Below are positions 49,673-64,000 of a stretch of 64,000 nt of DNA, one piece after another; position 1 is the stretch's first letter; the number at the start of each line of letters is the position of its first letter. A program made the translations under genes and the position numbers. The DNA lies in assembly GCF_009914755.1 (NCBI RefSeq), contig NC_060930.1; one strand, 5' to 3'. The notes under the pieces were generated by a model, which was not told the DNA's origin, made no database searches, and worked only from the letters and a program-made list of their open reading frames with translations. This DNA comes from the human T2T-CHM13v2.0 reference genome, Homo sapiens.

Positions 49673-52475
49673 GCTGTAAAAGGAGGAAATCAACAAAGAG
49701 AGCGTTAGATATGGGATCAGGAGAGAGCACTTTCAACACGGGATAAAAGCTATGGGAGTTATCAAGGAGATGGCGAAGGGGTATCTCAGAAAGGGATATT
49801 TCAGCTGTGCTGAAAGCATAGAGGAAAATTAGTCCAGATTGCGGCGGGAAGACATTAGACCACATGGGGCTGTGCTGGAGGAATAAAACCAGTCAAGAAC
49901 TGATATGTATGAATATGTTGACACAAAATTTACATTGTTGATGTAGAGTTTGGAAAGGAATGAATGATGGCACATAAAATATAAAGCAAATTTTATAAAT
50001 AAGGCAATTAATAATTTCACAGAAATAAAAAGTAGTATCAAAAAGAAAATGTAATCATAATAAACCACATGACTAGGGCTAAGAAAAATATTTACATTGT
50101 CATGAAATATAAAATCTAAGTATTAATTGTACTGGTAAATGTATCTGACTGCATTGGGAGGCTAAAGGTAGGGGGAAAGGCACAGGTGTGAGTGGCATGA
50201 AAGAGGAACAAGCCTCACCTCCCGTATTATGTGTCTAATGGAGAATAGCTAAAGCTGTAAAACAAACAAGTATCAACATAAGGATACAAATGAAAAATAC
50301 TTTAAATTGCCTCCAAGAAAAGGGAATTGGGATGTAGTGTTGAAGCATAGAACTGCTGCATTTTTGTTAGTATGCACTTACAGCATACAATTTTTGAAGA
50401 TGTGTATCTGCATTATTTTGATGAGATGTTAATACTTGAAAGAATACTGCAACGATGGCCAATATACACTTTTTAAATTCCTAGATTAGAATTTCTTAGT
50501 CAGAGTTGATTTCTTTTCTAAAATGGGTTTTGATTCATCTCGCCACACTGTCTTTCAGAAAGGTGGTGTCAATTGCTTTTACCCAGCAGAATAAGCAATC
50601 ACCTTTTCCCTAAAATCTCCCAACTCTGGTTATCATCATTTATTTCAACTTTTGTCAATCTGATGAGAAGAGTGGTTTTGCACTTATTTTAATAATATCC
50701 GTTTTGAATACAATTTAACATTTTCATTAATATTTCTTCTACAGAAAAGTGCCTGTTCCTAGACTCATCCCCTTTTTCAATTGAAATGTTCATTTTCTCT
50801 TATTGTTTAAAGGACTTGCTTGTCTTTATATGAAATTTAATAACCCTTTATATGTCAAATAGGGAGAAAACATTCACAGTTGTGATTTGTTTTTAAATTT
50901 CACTTATTGTATTATTCTATAACATCCAAGTTTTAGTTTGCATGTAGTATGATCTATTATTTTTCCCTATATAGTTTGTGGCATTGGGATCATAAAGAGA
51001 AAGCTCTATTCCACCAAAAAATTAGATAAATTTTACTTTTCTTTTCTTTCAGATCTTCTGTGTACTGCTATTTTATGTATACATATGTATAATCAAAAGT
51101 CAAGCAAACTTGATTTTGTGGGTGTTGATTATTAATGACAGACATTAATTGGGGAGATAGCATATAAAAGGTACTTCTATAAATGTTGTGAAGTGTTTAC
51201 TCATTTATTCCCAGAACAATTATATTAGGGGTTCACTAATACCCATTCAAGAAAGAAGGAAACTGAGACTTTTAGAGGTTTAGCAGTTTGCTTAAAAATG
51301 TCAGAGCCCCAAAGAGGCAGAGCAGGAACCCAAACAGGGTGTGTATCTCAAGAGTCCAAGGTCTTTACAACACTAGTTTGTGAGTTAGATGCCTTGAAAT
51401 CTACAACTCAGGGTGTGCACATGTGGGGCTGATATTCCACTAAAGAACAGACCGTCCTCTTCTGCTGTGAGGACAATTTCAGGAACCAGAAGAAATACGA
51501 GTCTGACATGTCCCACTTGCTGCCTAGATTTTATTTTTCAATTGTCGAGACCCCTTTAAGGATAAATCACATTAAAGATATTGTAGCTCTCTTAATAGAT
51601 CTATACAGTGCTGAAACAAATATTTTTACAATAAAAATAAGCTAGAATTCTTTTACTTTTAGCAATAGTAACTCATGTCTATTACGCACCAAGCTTTTAC
51701 ATACAATATCTCGTGTGATGCTCACAAGGATTTTGTGGGACAGATGCTGTGTCTCCATATTGCAAATGATGGGATTGAGATTCACTTCAGCCTGCGTCCT
51801 AGGTGCACTCCTAATGGCTCTGGGTAGATGGGCTGGATGAATTGGCCTAAGATGAATGTACCTTGCCACACAGGCACTGGTCTGCCCTGGAGTCCCCATG
51901 ACAAATGCTTGGAGGCAGCCCCTACCTTGGATCCCACAAATAGCAATGACAAGGGCCGCTGGAAAGCACAGGATGCATCTGAAGGCAGCTGGACAAGCCC
52001 AGACTCAGGTCGGTGGCCCCAGAGGGTCTTGGGGAAATGTCCCCAGGGGCTGAACAGAGCCCGGCAATGCCCCTTCTGCTCCACTGTGGGACCCTTTCTG
52101 CAGACTTGCCTGCAGCCCCAGGACCTTGGCTGTGCCAGAACCCAACAGACTGTTGATCACTCCTTTACTAGCTCCCCTAGCAGTCTTCAGCAGCTCTTCT
52201 CCTGCCCACATTGCCTAGTGGCAAGTTTGTTTAATTACTCTCTCTGCAGGCTCATCTCCTGTATATTGTGTTCTCACTTATTCCCTTACACTTTCATTTC
52301 CAAGTGTATTGCCTCAGAGTCTTTCGGAGAAGCCCCTTACCTTAGGCACAGGAAAGCCATGGTTCATGACCTGTCCTGGGGCCACCACCCACATGCCCCA
52401 CCAATGTTGGCCCCAGGATCCAAAGTCACTGGGTCCTCTGCTTTGCCCATTTTTTTCATTCCACCTCCCTTTTTG

Positions 52476-52771
52476 GCCAGGCACAGTGGCTCACGCCTGT
52501 AATCTCAGCACTTTGGGAGGCCAAGCGGGCAGAACACTTGAAGTCAGGAGTTCAAGACCAGTCTGGCCAACATGGTAAAACCCCGTCTCTACCAAAAATA
52601 CAAAAATTAGCCAGGTGTGGTGGCAGGCGCCTGTAATCCCAGCTTCTCAGGAGGCTGAAGCAGGAGAATCATTTGAACCCAGGAGGCGGAGGTTGCGGTG
52701 AACCGAGATTGTGTCACTGAACTCCCACCTGGGCGACAGAGCAAGATTCCATCTCAAAAAATAAAAATAAA
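52476..52771 (+). mobile_element. AluS-like element
   Basis: Full dimer with A tail. Confidence 0.95.
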
Positions 52772-52869
52772 ACGCTTTTTAATACAATATTTCAAATATT
52801 ATATTCATTACACAATCAACATATATATGTATATATATATAAAGACTTTTTATTAAAAACAAACCTTGC

Positions 52870-53500
52870 AGATGTTGGTCGAAGTGTACAAAGTTTCAGT
52901 TAGACAGGATGAATAAGTTCTGGAGATCTATTATACAGCGTGATGACTACAGTTAATAATAATATATTGTGTACTTGTAAAGTACTAAGAGAGGGCCAGG
53001 CACGGTGGCTCACACCTGTAATCCCAGCACTTTGGGAGGCTGAGGCGGGCAGATCATGAGGTCAGGAGATCGAGACCCTCCCGGCTAACACAGTGAAACC
53101 CCGTTTCTACTAAAAATACAAAAACAAAACTGCTAAAAATACAAAAACAAAATTAGCCAGGCATGGTGGCAGGCCCTGTAGTCCGAGCTACTCAGGAGGC
53201 TGAGGCGGGAGAATGGTGTGAACCCGGGAGGCAGAGCTTGCAGTGAGCTGAGATCACGCCACTGCACTCCAGCCTGAGCGATAGAGCGAGACTCCGTCTC
53301 AAACAAAAAAAAAAAAGGACTAAGAGAGTAGATCTTAAATGTTTACACCACAAAAAAAGATAAGTATGTGAGGTGATGGATATGTTAAATCAGCGTGATT
53401 TAATCATTCCACCGTGTATACATATATCCAAGCATCTTGTAATACACTAAAAATATACAATTTTTATTGGTCAGTTATACCTTACTAAAGCTGGGTAAAG
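52870..53500 (+). mobile_element. L1MA-type 3' end, split by an Alu
   Basis: GTACAAAGTTTCAGTTAGACAGGATGAATAAGTTCTGGAGATCTATT...GTATGTGAGGTGATGGATATGTTAA. Confidence 0.85.
52994..53316 (+). mobile_element. AluY/AluSc-like element with duplicated middle linker
   Basis: GAGATCGAGACC, GGCTAACAC and GAGCTTGCAG diagnostics; TSD ACTAAGAGAG; 23-bp duplication at 53107-53152. Confidence 0.95.
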
Positions 53501-56500
53501 AAACAAATATTGCAACAGACTACAGATAAAGTTCCCTTCACCACTTCTTCCCCAACATTCATCATAGTTATTGCCGCAAAAGACTGCTATTATTAGTTTG
53601 ATGTATAGCTTTTCACAAACAGAAAATTTCTGTTTGTACAGATAAGAGGTTTATGTGCACAGACAAACCATTTTGAGTTCAGTTTACTGTATATAAGTGG
53701 GATTATACCATACATGTCATTCTGCAGCAATTATTAAATTTAACAAGATGTTTGGAGATCTAGCTACGTTTGCACACAAGCTGTATTCTTTTTTAACCTT
53801 TACATGGTGCTGTATAGAAGACGTGGACCAGAAGTTATGTTATTAATTCCCCTGTGGAGATCATTATTATAAACAATCAGTGATGAGCGTCTTTGTAAAT
53901 CTCCTTTTGTGCCTGTGTGTGTGTATTTCTCAAGGATGGGTGAATCCTTGAAATGGAATTGACAAGTCAAGGAATGCACATATTAAACATCTTAGATCCT
54001 TATTATTTGCATTCAGAAATGCTGAACAGTTTCTATTCCCACTTTGAACATAACACCCACTTCTCCACACCCTTGCCAAGAGAGTAGGACAAGCTTTTAA
54101 AATATTTGTCAAATTAATGAATAAATATTGCAATTTGTTTTAATCTGTAAATATCTGATGAATAAGGAGATAAGACATTCTTGCAAATATCTCTGAGAAT
54201 GTTTATTTCAATTATTGAAAGTTGCTCATCCATTTCATGAATTATTGACATTAATTCTAAATTCAGGTGTTCTGTGTGCTTGTATTGATGGTTTACCTTC
54301 ATGCTATTAATTTTTCTCAAATGTTTGAGATACTTGATTGTCAAATAGTATTAATGCATAGATGAATTCAGGGAATATTCTCATGTTGGTATTTTGAGCT
54401 GTTGAGGCTTCTACTTCTGACATTCTAATTTTTCTTATTTTGTTTTTAACCCTCAGAAATCAAACGTATCGGTGGCCACTTTTCTTGTTTAACTTGGATT
54501 TATCTTTTTTTTATTTATTTATTTTCTTCCATTTACAAAGATAGGGGGCTGGAAGAGAGAATGCCAGGGGGTCCAGTGGGCCACACCGACCCTTTCTTCC
54601 CTCCATGTTCCCCGTTAGAATCTAAGCACAGAAGGAAGAAGGCCTACTTTTCCAGACAGTAGGGCCTTCTCTTGGCTTGCAGAAGTGCATTTGAAATGGA
54701 GGTGGCAGAGATGGGATACCACACCGGGCCAGGCCTTGTGGAACCTGCAATGCATTCCCTGCAGAGTGATCTCCAGTAGGCTTCGGAGAGAGTAAGGGCT
54801 GGGGCCCTGTCAAGATGCTGCACAGGGAGAATTCCCCCAGGAGCTGTCCACAGGAGCCCCTGAGAAGGTGGAGGCTGAAGGGAGGAGTCAGCTAAGGGCA
54901 GATGTGCAGATACGTGTTTGAGCTGGGCAGCCTGAACTTGGCAGAACAGAGCGGGGACAGAGGGGAGCCGGAGCTGGCCGTGGTGGTGACTGAGTGATTT
55001 AGGGAAATTAAAGCAAGAGGGGAGATCATGGAGGAGGAAGATTCTCAGGTTGGGCAAAGAGGCTGAACTGGGTTTGGTCTCCCCTGTTTGGGGCGTTGGA
55101 TCAGATGCACAGGGAGTGTTCCAGAGGGGCTGGGGACAGCAATGTGGGAGGGTCCCACCACAGCAGGGATTTAGGTACTGGTAGGTGTCTTCTGCAGGCA
55201 CTGGATGGCCCCTTCCTTACTCATTATCTCAGCTGTCCCAGAGTGGCAAGAGCTGAGCATCGCCCCTCGGCCTGTGCTGAGCTGAAGCCTTCAGAGACCT
55301 CCATAGCTGCTGCCCCCAGGGTGTTCGTGAAGTGTGTGCACCGCCTGGCCCTGCTCCTCTCCAGGACTGCCCTTCTCCAGCTCTGTCACCCCCTAACTTG
55401 GGGCTGGTTTCTATGGAGCAGAGTGGTCTGCTGAAGGAGGGAGTGCTGAAGGAGGGAGTGAGTGTCTGTGTGAGTGTGGGTGCACTTGGGTGAGGGCCTG
55501 AGAGTTTAAAGGCAAGGATCTTGATTGGCCTGTAATAAGCAAATGAGCAAACAGAGATGACGGCCAAAGGATATTGAAATCGATGTTAAACATAATTTTC
55601 TAACCCTACCCCTGATTTTTGTCTCATCTTCTGAGGCTGACCACCTTTACCAGCACAGCTGTCCCCACTGTGCTCCATTTCGCTCCTCCTCTCTGGCCCC
55701 AGGCCAAACCCAGCCATACTCCCCCTGCTCCAGCCTGCAGCTCGGGAGCACATGAAGGGCTGACAGCACCAGGCAGCACAGAGACCGGGGCCCTGGGGGC
55801 GGCTGAACGGGGTGAGGGGGTTGGAGGATGGGGTTGGTTCCATGGAGTAAGGAAGGAGAAGAAGCAGGGAGAACCCAGCTGGGGAGATGGCTGCTTCCTG
55901 CACTCCCTGAGCCCAGGCCTCCCGCAGGGTGCTTAGGGTGGAAGCCTGGTTCTGTGCCTGACCCACCCTGAACTTCCTGTGAGGGAGCTGTGCGCCCAGA
56001 CTGCAGCCTTGTGTGGGCAGTAGCTCAGGTCCCTCTGACCTCTCTGGCAGGGAAAAAGCTGCTCTGAGACCAGATGCTTTGAACCTGGCATCCTGGGACC
56101 AGGAAGGGCCATTGTTATGGGACCATTGTCATGGGAGCAGGAATAACCCTGTCAGGGCAATTGATGACTGAAGGATCCTGCTGGAGCTGGGGCAGAGAGC
56201 CATTGGGGTCAGAGGTATAAGCAGACTTGTTGGGGTTCAGGGAGAAGACTCCTTGGATCTGCAAAAGGCAAGCCTGGATGAAGAGTAAGGAAGTGCCCAT
56301 GGAGAATCTCTGAGCCCAGGAGGAGCACCAGGTCAGGAGAGAGGAGGCCTGGGTGCTAGTCCTGGTTTGGCCCTGAAATAGCTGAGTGACTGTGGAAAGG
56401 CTACTTGCCTTCTCTGGACCTCATCTCCCTCAGTTGTGAAATCAGCACTGAGAGAAATTCCCTTTTGTCCCTGCTACTTCTGGTTCTATCATGGGGGAAA

Positions 56501-57424
56501 TTTACAGCTACCCCTTCACCCCTGCCCAGCCTAGCTTAGCCCTGTGCTGCGTTTTGGGGATCACCTCCAGACCTCTACGGCTCCCTGCTTTCCCCATTTC
56601 TGCATCAGAGGCCAGCCCTCCCTTCCCATGGACCTACCCAGGCTCGGAGCCACTGTTGCAGGCTAGACTGGGCCTTGCTAGAAAAGCAAGTACATGAAGT
56701 CTCCAGCTCTCCCAGCTCCTTCTCTGGGTTCCTGTGAGTGTGTGTGACAATGAGTTTGGGAGAGGAGGTTGCTGAGGTTCCCAAGTTCTCTGAGGGACCT
56801 TCTCAGAGGGTGGGCAGGGAACCCAGAATCCCCCAGAACCCCAGGCTCTTTGACAGGACTTTGCTGTGCCCTGCTCTGATCGTGCCAAGGGGGAGGCACT
56901 ATCCCTAGCTCTTCAAGAGACTTCTGAAAGGGCCCCAGATCCCACCACAGCTACCTGCCCCAGTCCCTCCTGCAGAAATTCAACTTGTGACAAGGGCTGT
57001 TGTGGGTCCCCAGGGAGCAGGGCCAGTCCCAGCCTGGATGAGGGGCTGCCTAAGCCCAGGCTTCCCTGCCCCCAGGTCCCAGATGCCAGAGGAAGCTGAG
57101 CGTGCAGATGGTTCCAGCAGGGGCCTCCCCCTAGGGTGCTCAAGGCCCCAAGTCTATGTGGAGGGTGCCCACCCCACTCACACAGGTGGGGAAGCCACAA
57201 CACAGAGAGAGGGGCAGATTCCCCGCTTTGAGAGCTCCTGTCCCCTGGGGAGAGACGACACACTCTGACACAGCAGAGAACGATACAGAGCTGGCTGCAG
57301 GCTGAAGAGACACACAGCTAGTGGCACATAGCAAGGGGTGCTCTTGTAAGCTACAAGAAGGAGCTGTCACTTAGAGTCAGCAGGGGTCAGAGAAGGGGAA
57401 AGTCAGCATGGGAACACAGTTGCT

Positions 57425-57425
<1 letters not shown>

Positions 57426-57461
<36 letters not shown>
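57426..57461. repeat. (CA)~18 microsatellite ~1.7 kb upstream of the NCR2 ATG
   Basis: Directly visible. Confidence 0.97.
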
Positions 57462-57463
<2 letters not shown>

Positions 57464-59171
57464 TGACGTGCCTCGGTGCCATCTGAGGACAGGGCCGCCT
57501 TCCTCCCCCTCGGGAGGATGCCCCCACCCTGATTTGGTATGTAATTATGTTCAGGGAGAAGCTGGGCCCCACTGTCGGCGAGGAAACCCCCTAAAAGCTC
57601 ACCTCCGCCTGTGTGTGCAATTCAGTGGGAGCCTCTTTCTCACCCCTGGTTTCCTGTCATGTCTGTGGGTCGCATTTCAACCAGACCAGCCGGAAGGCTC
57701 CAGACCGAAGTCAGGAGGCCTGTTCTGGTCCTGTGTGACTCTGAGCAGGTGGCTGACCATATCTGGGCCTCAGTTCTCACATCTGTGAAAAAGAGAAGTA
57801 ATGTCTCCCTCGCGAACCTGCTGAGGGTCTTGAGAAAGTGTGCATGAGAATGCTTTGTAAATAATGCTTGTGTGAGTGAGTGGCGGGCATCGCTCCCTGA
57901 GCTGTCTTCTAGCTCTGGAGCTCCAGCCTGCTTTCCCACCTTGGGCCCTTGGGCGCCAACATCTGATAGCCCTACTGTGTCCTCCTTTTGCATACCCCTC
58001 TGCCTTTCCCATTCTCAGTCTCTGCATACTCCTACTGTAAGGAGAAGGGCAGTGTACTGAGATGGAGTGGAGAGCAGGAGTCCAGGGGCAGGCAAAGCAG
58101 TGGACTTGGAATCGAGTCCACTTGACAAGTTCCAATTCCCGTCTCAGTTATTACCTCTGTTCACAGAGCTCCCGGCAGCAGATCGCCAGTCCAGCAGAGC
58201 CCCCAGTGGTGCAACTGCAATTACACACAGTGTCTCTACCAGTCCTAAGATATATTAGCTCGTTCTCTTTGTAAATTGCATCGTATTTTAAAACTGAATC
58301 TTCAAAGTGCTGACATTAACTAAAGAAAAATATGCTAGAGTCTTTCATCTGTTTATGTTTTAATTAAACAATATTTCTCCAGGGTCCTTAAGTGGCAGAG
58401 GTCCAGGATGCAGAGATGAGGCCAGGTCCTGGTTCCTGGGCTCCCTCTACCCCACCCCACTGATGCATCCCATGCTCCGTGTGCTCTTCCCACCCTCCCC
58501 TCCCCGACCTTTGCCAGGGACCCTCCCTAGCCTCCCTTGCTGGTTTTGAATCTCCACCTCCTCTCCCCTCTCCTTTCCCGCACCCACGAAACTCCCAGAG
58601 TGGAAGCACATCACTGACCCACCATGGAGGCCTGGGCATGACGTCCCTGGCCATCCTGTGACCAGTGAGGCTTGGGGCTTGTGATCAGGGTTCCAAGTGC
58701 CCCTGAGTTTGTCATCCACCCTCAGCCTGCCTTTCCCTGGAAAGGGCGGCAAAGCTAGGGCCCTGCAAAGAAGAGAGGCAGCACACAGAGGGAGCAAGGG
58801 GGAAGCAGTCCATAACTCGCCCACAGTTTCCTCCTGGCCTTTTCAGCTCCTCCCTCAGGGGTAGGTCATGGTGGGGAGGGGCAGCTGGGCACAGGGGAGA
58901 GCAGGCATCTTCTACAGAGGCCTGGGAAGCTGTGTGCCAGACAGCGCCGAGCCCACCAGACCCAGACTCACCTACAGCTGGAGATCCCCACTTCCCTGTG
59001 CCCACAGAATCTGCCCTTTGCAGTCTCCCATCTCCCCAACCCAGGCCTCAGCCTGTCTCATTTTTCTATCAGACGTGCTGGAAGAGCAGCAGAATCAGGC
59101 CCAGCTCCCAATTCCCTCTCCCCAGTCTTCTCCAGGTGTCCCCTCCCATGAGCGCACAGGAAAAGGACCAC

Positions 59172-59223
59172 ATGGCCTGGCGAGCCCTACACCCACTGCT
59201 ACTGCTGCTGCTGCTGTTCCCAG
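59172..59223 (+). CDS. NCR2: NCR2 (NKp44) exon 1 coding part, signal peptide [17 protein letters not shown]
   Basis: ATG at 59172; 52 nt then GTGAGG donor; recognised NKp44 leader with a Leu7 (CTG/CTA) run. Confidence 0.98.
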
Positions 59224-59381
59224 GTGAGGGGGAGGAGGAGCCCAGGGAGCAGAGGAGATGGGTGTGGTGGGGACTGTCAGGACAGCAGGGTCAGGGAGCA
59301 GGTGGCTCTGTGGCCAGAGGCCTGCTGTGAGGCAGGTTGTGCGCGTGGCCTTGACCTATGCGTTACTTCATCATTCTCCAG

Positions 59382-59723
59382 GCTCTCAGGCACAATCCAA
59401 GGCTCAGGTACTTCAAAGTGTGGCAGGGCAGACGCTAACCGTGAGATGCCAGTACCCGCCCACGGGCAGTCTCTACGAGAAGAAAGGCTGGTGTAAGGAG
59501 GCTTCAGCACTTGTGTGCATCAGGTTAGTCACCAGCTCCAAGCCCAGGACGATGGCTTGGACCTCTCGATTCACAATCTGGGACGACCCTGATGCTGGCT
59601 TCTTCACTGTCACCATGACTGATCTGAGAGAGGAAGACTCAGGACATTACTGGTGTAGAATCTACCGCCCTTCTGACAACTCTGTCTCTAAGTCCGTCAG
59701 ATTCTATCTGGTGGTATCTCCAG
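59382..59723 (+). CDS. NCR2: NCR2 exon 2, Ig V-type domain (GSQAQSKAQVLQSVAGQTLTVRC...DSGHYWC...YLVVSP)
   Basis: TTCTCCAG acceptor ending at 59381, GTGAGC donor at 59724; 342 nt; phase-compatible with exon 1 across a 158-nt intron; V-set motifs. Later exons lie beyond the window. Confidence 0.98.
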
Positions 59724-60199
59724 GTGAGCTCTTTCCCTAGGGTCCTCAGAGGGGTGCCCCTCACCCCCTTTTGGTGCCTCCATCACCCCTGGTTTCCCAA
59801 TCGTGGAAGCCACCCATGCCCACGCCCCAGTCTCCTGGGAAGGCTGTTGGGAACAGGTGCAGGGGGAACTCATATGTGCACAAGAGCAGCCATCTCACAG
59901 TCTGCATGACTCCCAAGCCTGCAGCCTGGGCCTCCTGAGAGATGCTGAAACAGACCCGGTGAGCATGCTGACCAGTCAGCCTATATGACCCTGCTACAGG
60001 AGGGCAGGACCACCCGGCATCTTTGGTACATAGTAGGTGCCCAGGAAAGGTGCATCCACTGGCTGCCCCCACCATGTAGAGCCAGTGGTATCTGGGTAGT
60101 CTAGATACCAAGATACTATGGGTATCCCTCATAGTCCAGATCGGGGACTAAGAATGAGTGAAAAAAACTAAGAATGAGTGAAAAAAAATCAAAAGAAAA

Positions 60200-60393
60200 A
60201 CAATATTTTGTGACATACAGGAAATTCAAATTTCAGTGCCTATAAGTGGAGTTATTTTTTGGAACACAGCCATGCCCACTCAATTACCTATTGTCTGTGG
60301 CCCTTTTCATGCTGTGACAGCAAAATTGAGCAGCTGTGACAGAGACCACATGGCTCATCCCTGACCCTTTACAGAAAGTGTGCCAAACTCCTG
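60200..60393. mobile_element. MER58B-like DNA transposon fragment
   Basis: GAAATTCAAATTTCAGTG...TGGAACACAGCCATGCCCA...CCTTTACAGAAAGTGTGCCAAACTCCTG. Confidence 0.8.
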
Positions 60394-62355
60394 CTCAGAG
60401 CAGAGCTACCCACAGTTCCTGTGGAAGAGGACCTTCTAAAAAAAAATCTGCAATTCACATGAGTAATTTTTTTTGTAAAATACAGTAAAAAAAAATTACT
60501 AGAAAAATAAGAAAAAGATATATAAAGTACAAGCCCAACATTTATTAAATTTGACAAACATAAAATTACATTTTAATGAATACAATCAGAACAAATATCA
60601 CATAGGGAAAAATTTATAAAAACTGTATACATTGTTCATTTGAAAGTGTGCCTAAAGGTGATTGATGTAGTGGCTTAACGGTATACCCATAACGTTTTGT
60701 CATTCCTCAGTTAAAACTAAGTACAAAGCTAGAAGGGAAATTGCAGTTCTCCATATTAAATGCCAATATGCACCCTTCAAACAAACACCCTGTCTTTCCG
60801 TTTTTAAGGATTATAATGTGACAAATGAGCACTTTTCTTACTTGGTAACTTTCCTAATCTGAGAACTATTTATGACACCACATCACTTAGGAGATAATGT
60901 ATAAAGAAATTGTGTTGATTTTTTTTAAAATAATACTCACAGTAGAAGCCCAGAAAACTGGTCTCACGGAGGTATAATGTCAGAAATAGAAGAAATTTTA
61001 AAGCAATTCCGACAAGCTCAACAGTTTTATATTTAACTTTTACAAAAGGAAGCAAGCGATGCTGTAATTTCAAAATGCATCTTCAATCCTTTATCAGTAG
61101 CCAGTTCCAAAACTTTATCCTAAAACTTATAGTTTAAATTATCTTTCGATGGGAAAATATGGATTCTAGATCTATGAATTTCCTCTGCATATATCTTCTT
61201 CTGACAAAAAAACGAAATTCAAAACATGCTATCAAATTATTAATGTTTTCCCATGAGCACTTGTGAAGATATGCAATATCAATATTATCACTTATTTTGT
61301 TGATAAATGTTATTAAATTAAGAACATGTCATAACAATTCATAGAAATGGTTCTTCTGACTTTTATGTTTGCACTTAGACTTTACTTGCCATTGAAAAAC
61401 ATGTCGCTTTACTTCCTTGCATGGAAATATTAACTTCAGAACTACAGTATAAACAAGTCTGATGGTACAATTCACATTTGTACTAAACTGGCTTCTTGTC
61501 TTAATTAGGAATTCTTCCTATAGATGAAACATGCTCAACAAAACTTTAAATTTGGCATGCAACAGTAGCTGTTTATGATCTGTTTCCATATTACCACATA
61601 ATAAAGAGAATGATTTCAAATTTAATATATTCACCTTATAAAATTCACAATTCTGTCCATGTTGGTCAGCACAACGTTCAGTTAAGCTGCTTTTTTTTCA
61701 TAGTAAAACTCTCTCAATGAAGGAAGCAGTGCATTAATTTAAAATCTAGCCCAAGACTTCTTAACCTGGATGACATTTTCCTGTCATTGCAACTGCAGCC
61801 ATCAGAACATACTCTTACATAAAACTTAACCCCAAACCACATTTTGATAATATAACCTTCATAGTTTTATACATTCAGAGCTAGTTGTGTTTGTGACAAT
61901 TAAGCTAAAAGATACAGAATTCCTTCATATCATTGTGTTCAAATTGCATATACTAAAAGAATAGCTATGTTAGCAATATTTGTACATTTTTTCAAATTGC
62001 CATGAAAAATACTTTGCTAGCTTTATTTGTTCTAGGAGATGGTCATCCATCTTGTTATCCAATTCCTGAATATGTTGACCTAAGGCGTCAAGGGAAAATG
62101 ATATCAAGCTCCCTTCTTTGCTATAAATTACCCAATGTCGTAAAGCAAACGTTGTTCAGTAATGTTTTGGCAATTGTAGATGGATTGTTGGTCTTTGCAG
62201 TACAAAATGTTACTTTACAAGAAGCCACAAAGTCTAGAGCTTATATGTGAAGTATGGATTCCTTTCAAGAGCTTTTCAATCCAATACTCTTTTTTCTCCT
62301 AAAAACAGTTTGTTGTGAACTTGTGTTTTTCCGTTTTATATGTATATGCCACTTG

Positions 62356-62979
<624 letters not shown>

Positions 62980-62980
62980 C

Positions 62981-63102
62981 AACTCAAGGTCTTCAACCTT
63001 AATCACATCTGCAAATTTCCCTTTGCCATGGAAGGCAATGTCCTCACAGGTACCTGGGATTAGGGAGTAGACATTTTGGGGTACCCGTATTCTGCCTACC
63101 AC
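62981..63102 (-). mobile_element. MLT1-type MaLR LTR 5' fragment
   Basis: Minus strand TGTGGTAGGCAGAATA...CTAATCCCAGG...TTTGCAGATGTGATTAAGG; cut off at the Alu. Confidence 0.8.
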
Positions 63103-63391
63103 AATGAGAGATTCTACTTTCAAACAAAACCAGCACAAACTCTTTGGAATAACTGCAGAAGGAAAAAATTTATTTAGAATCAGTTCTACCATCTTCATCT
63201 GGCTTACTGTCACTGCCACATTCAGGAAAGATGTTTTTTTTCAGTGATTTTTGTTTTGCTATCTGTTCATTAGAATGCTAATTAGGTAATCACTATTCTA
63301 CTCTAACTTAGCTAATCATGTTACACTCTAAATTTTGTTTAAAAAAAGTTTGATTAAAAATTAAAATGATTGTAAAAATAATAAATCATAA

Positions 63392-63853
<462 letters not shown>

Positions 63854-64000
63854 TGACAACACCCAAGCTGGTCTATATCCTGTTCAATGAGATGAGACGA
63901 GTTAACTAATCACGGGCTTGGATCTTGAGGCAGTATCAAATTGATATAAACGTTTTGAAACCCCTACTCCCAATTTTTATACTTCCCTTGTTGTGGAAGG

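Noticed and set aside
51828-52502. Longest ORF in the track (224 aa)
   Set aside because: No recognisable domain or splice structure, atypical composition, and it ends inside an Alu; chance ORF.
58857-58867. GGGGTAGGTCA as a RORgt element in the NCR2 promoter
   Set aside because: Lacks the AT-rich 5' extension needed for a RORE; a lone half-site is uninformative.

Overview
Primate (almost certainly human) genomic DNA from the TREM/NCR2 cluster on 6p21.1, identified from the encoded peptides. The left end holds exons 1-3 of TREM1 (minus strand; the terminal transmembrane exon lies left of the window). The right end holds exons 1-2 of NCR2/NKp44 (plus strand). The ~49 kb between the two divergent genes is mostly transposon debris: a near full-length L1PA15/16-type element with nested insertions, MER41, MER11, MST, LTR18 and MER67-like LTRs, Alus and DNA transposons. 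It also contains an RPL32 processed pseudogene, a U6 pseudogene and two convergent CTCF motifs. NCR2 intron 2 carries a fossil hAT/Charlie (Buster-type) transposase. I found no new protein-coding gene or multi-gene system. The most unusual signals are rearrangement scars: (i) a circularly permuted ~136-bp copy of the TREM1 proximal promoter pasted 1.8 kb upstream inside a Tigger3 element; (ii) a ~9.5-kb L1+U6+MaLR block that looks like one transduced insertion; (iii) a ~685-bp foreign, 3'UTR-like segment inside an ERV leader with a fold-back junction; (iv) a ~175-bp inverted templated insertion with a flanking duplication. Repeat subfamily names come from recalled consensus sequences and need a Dfam/RepeatMasker check.
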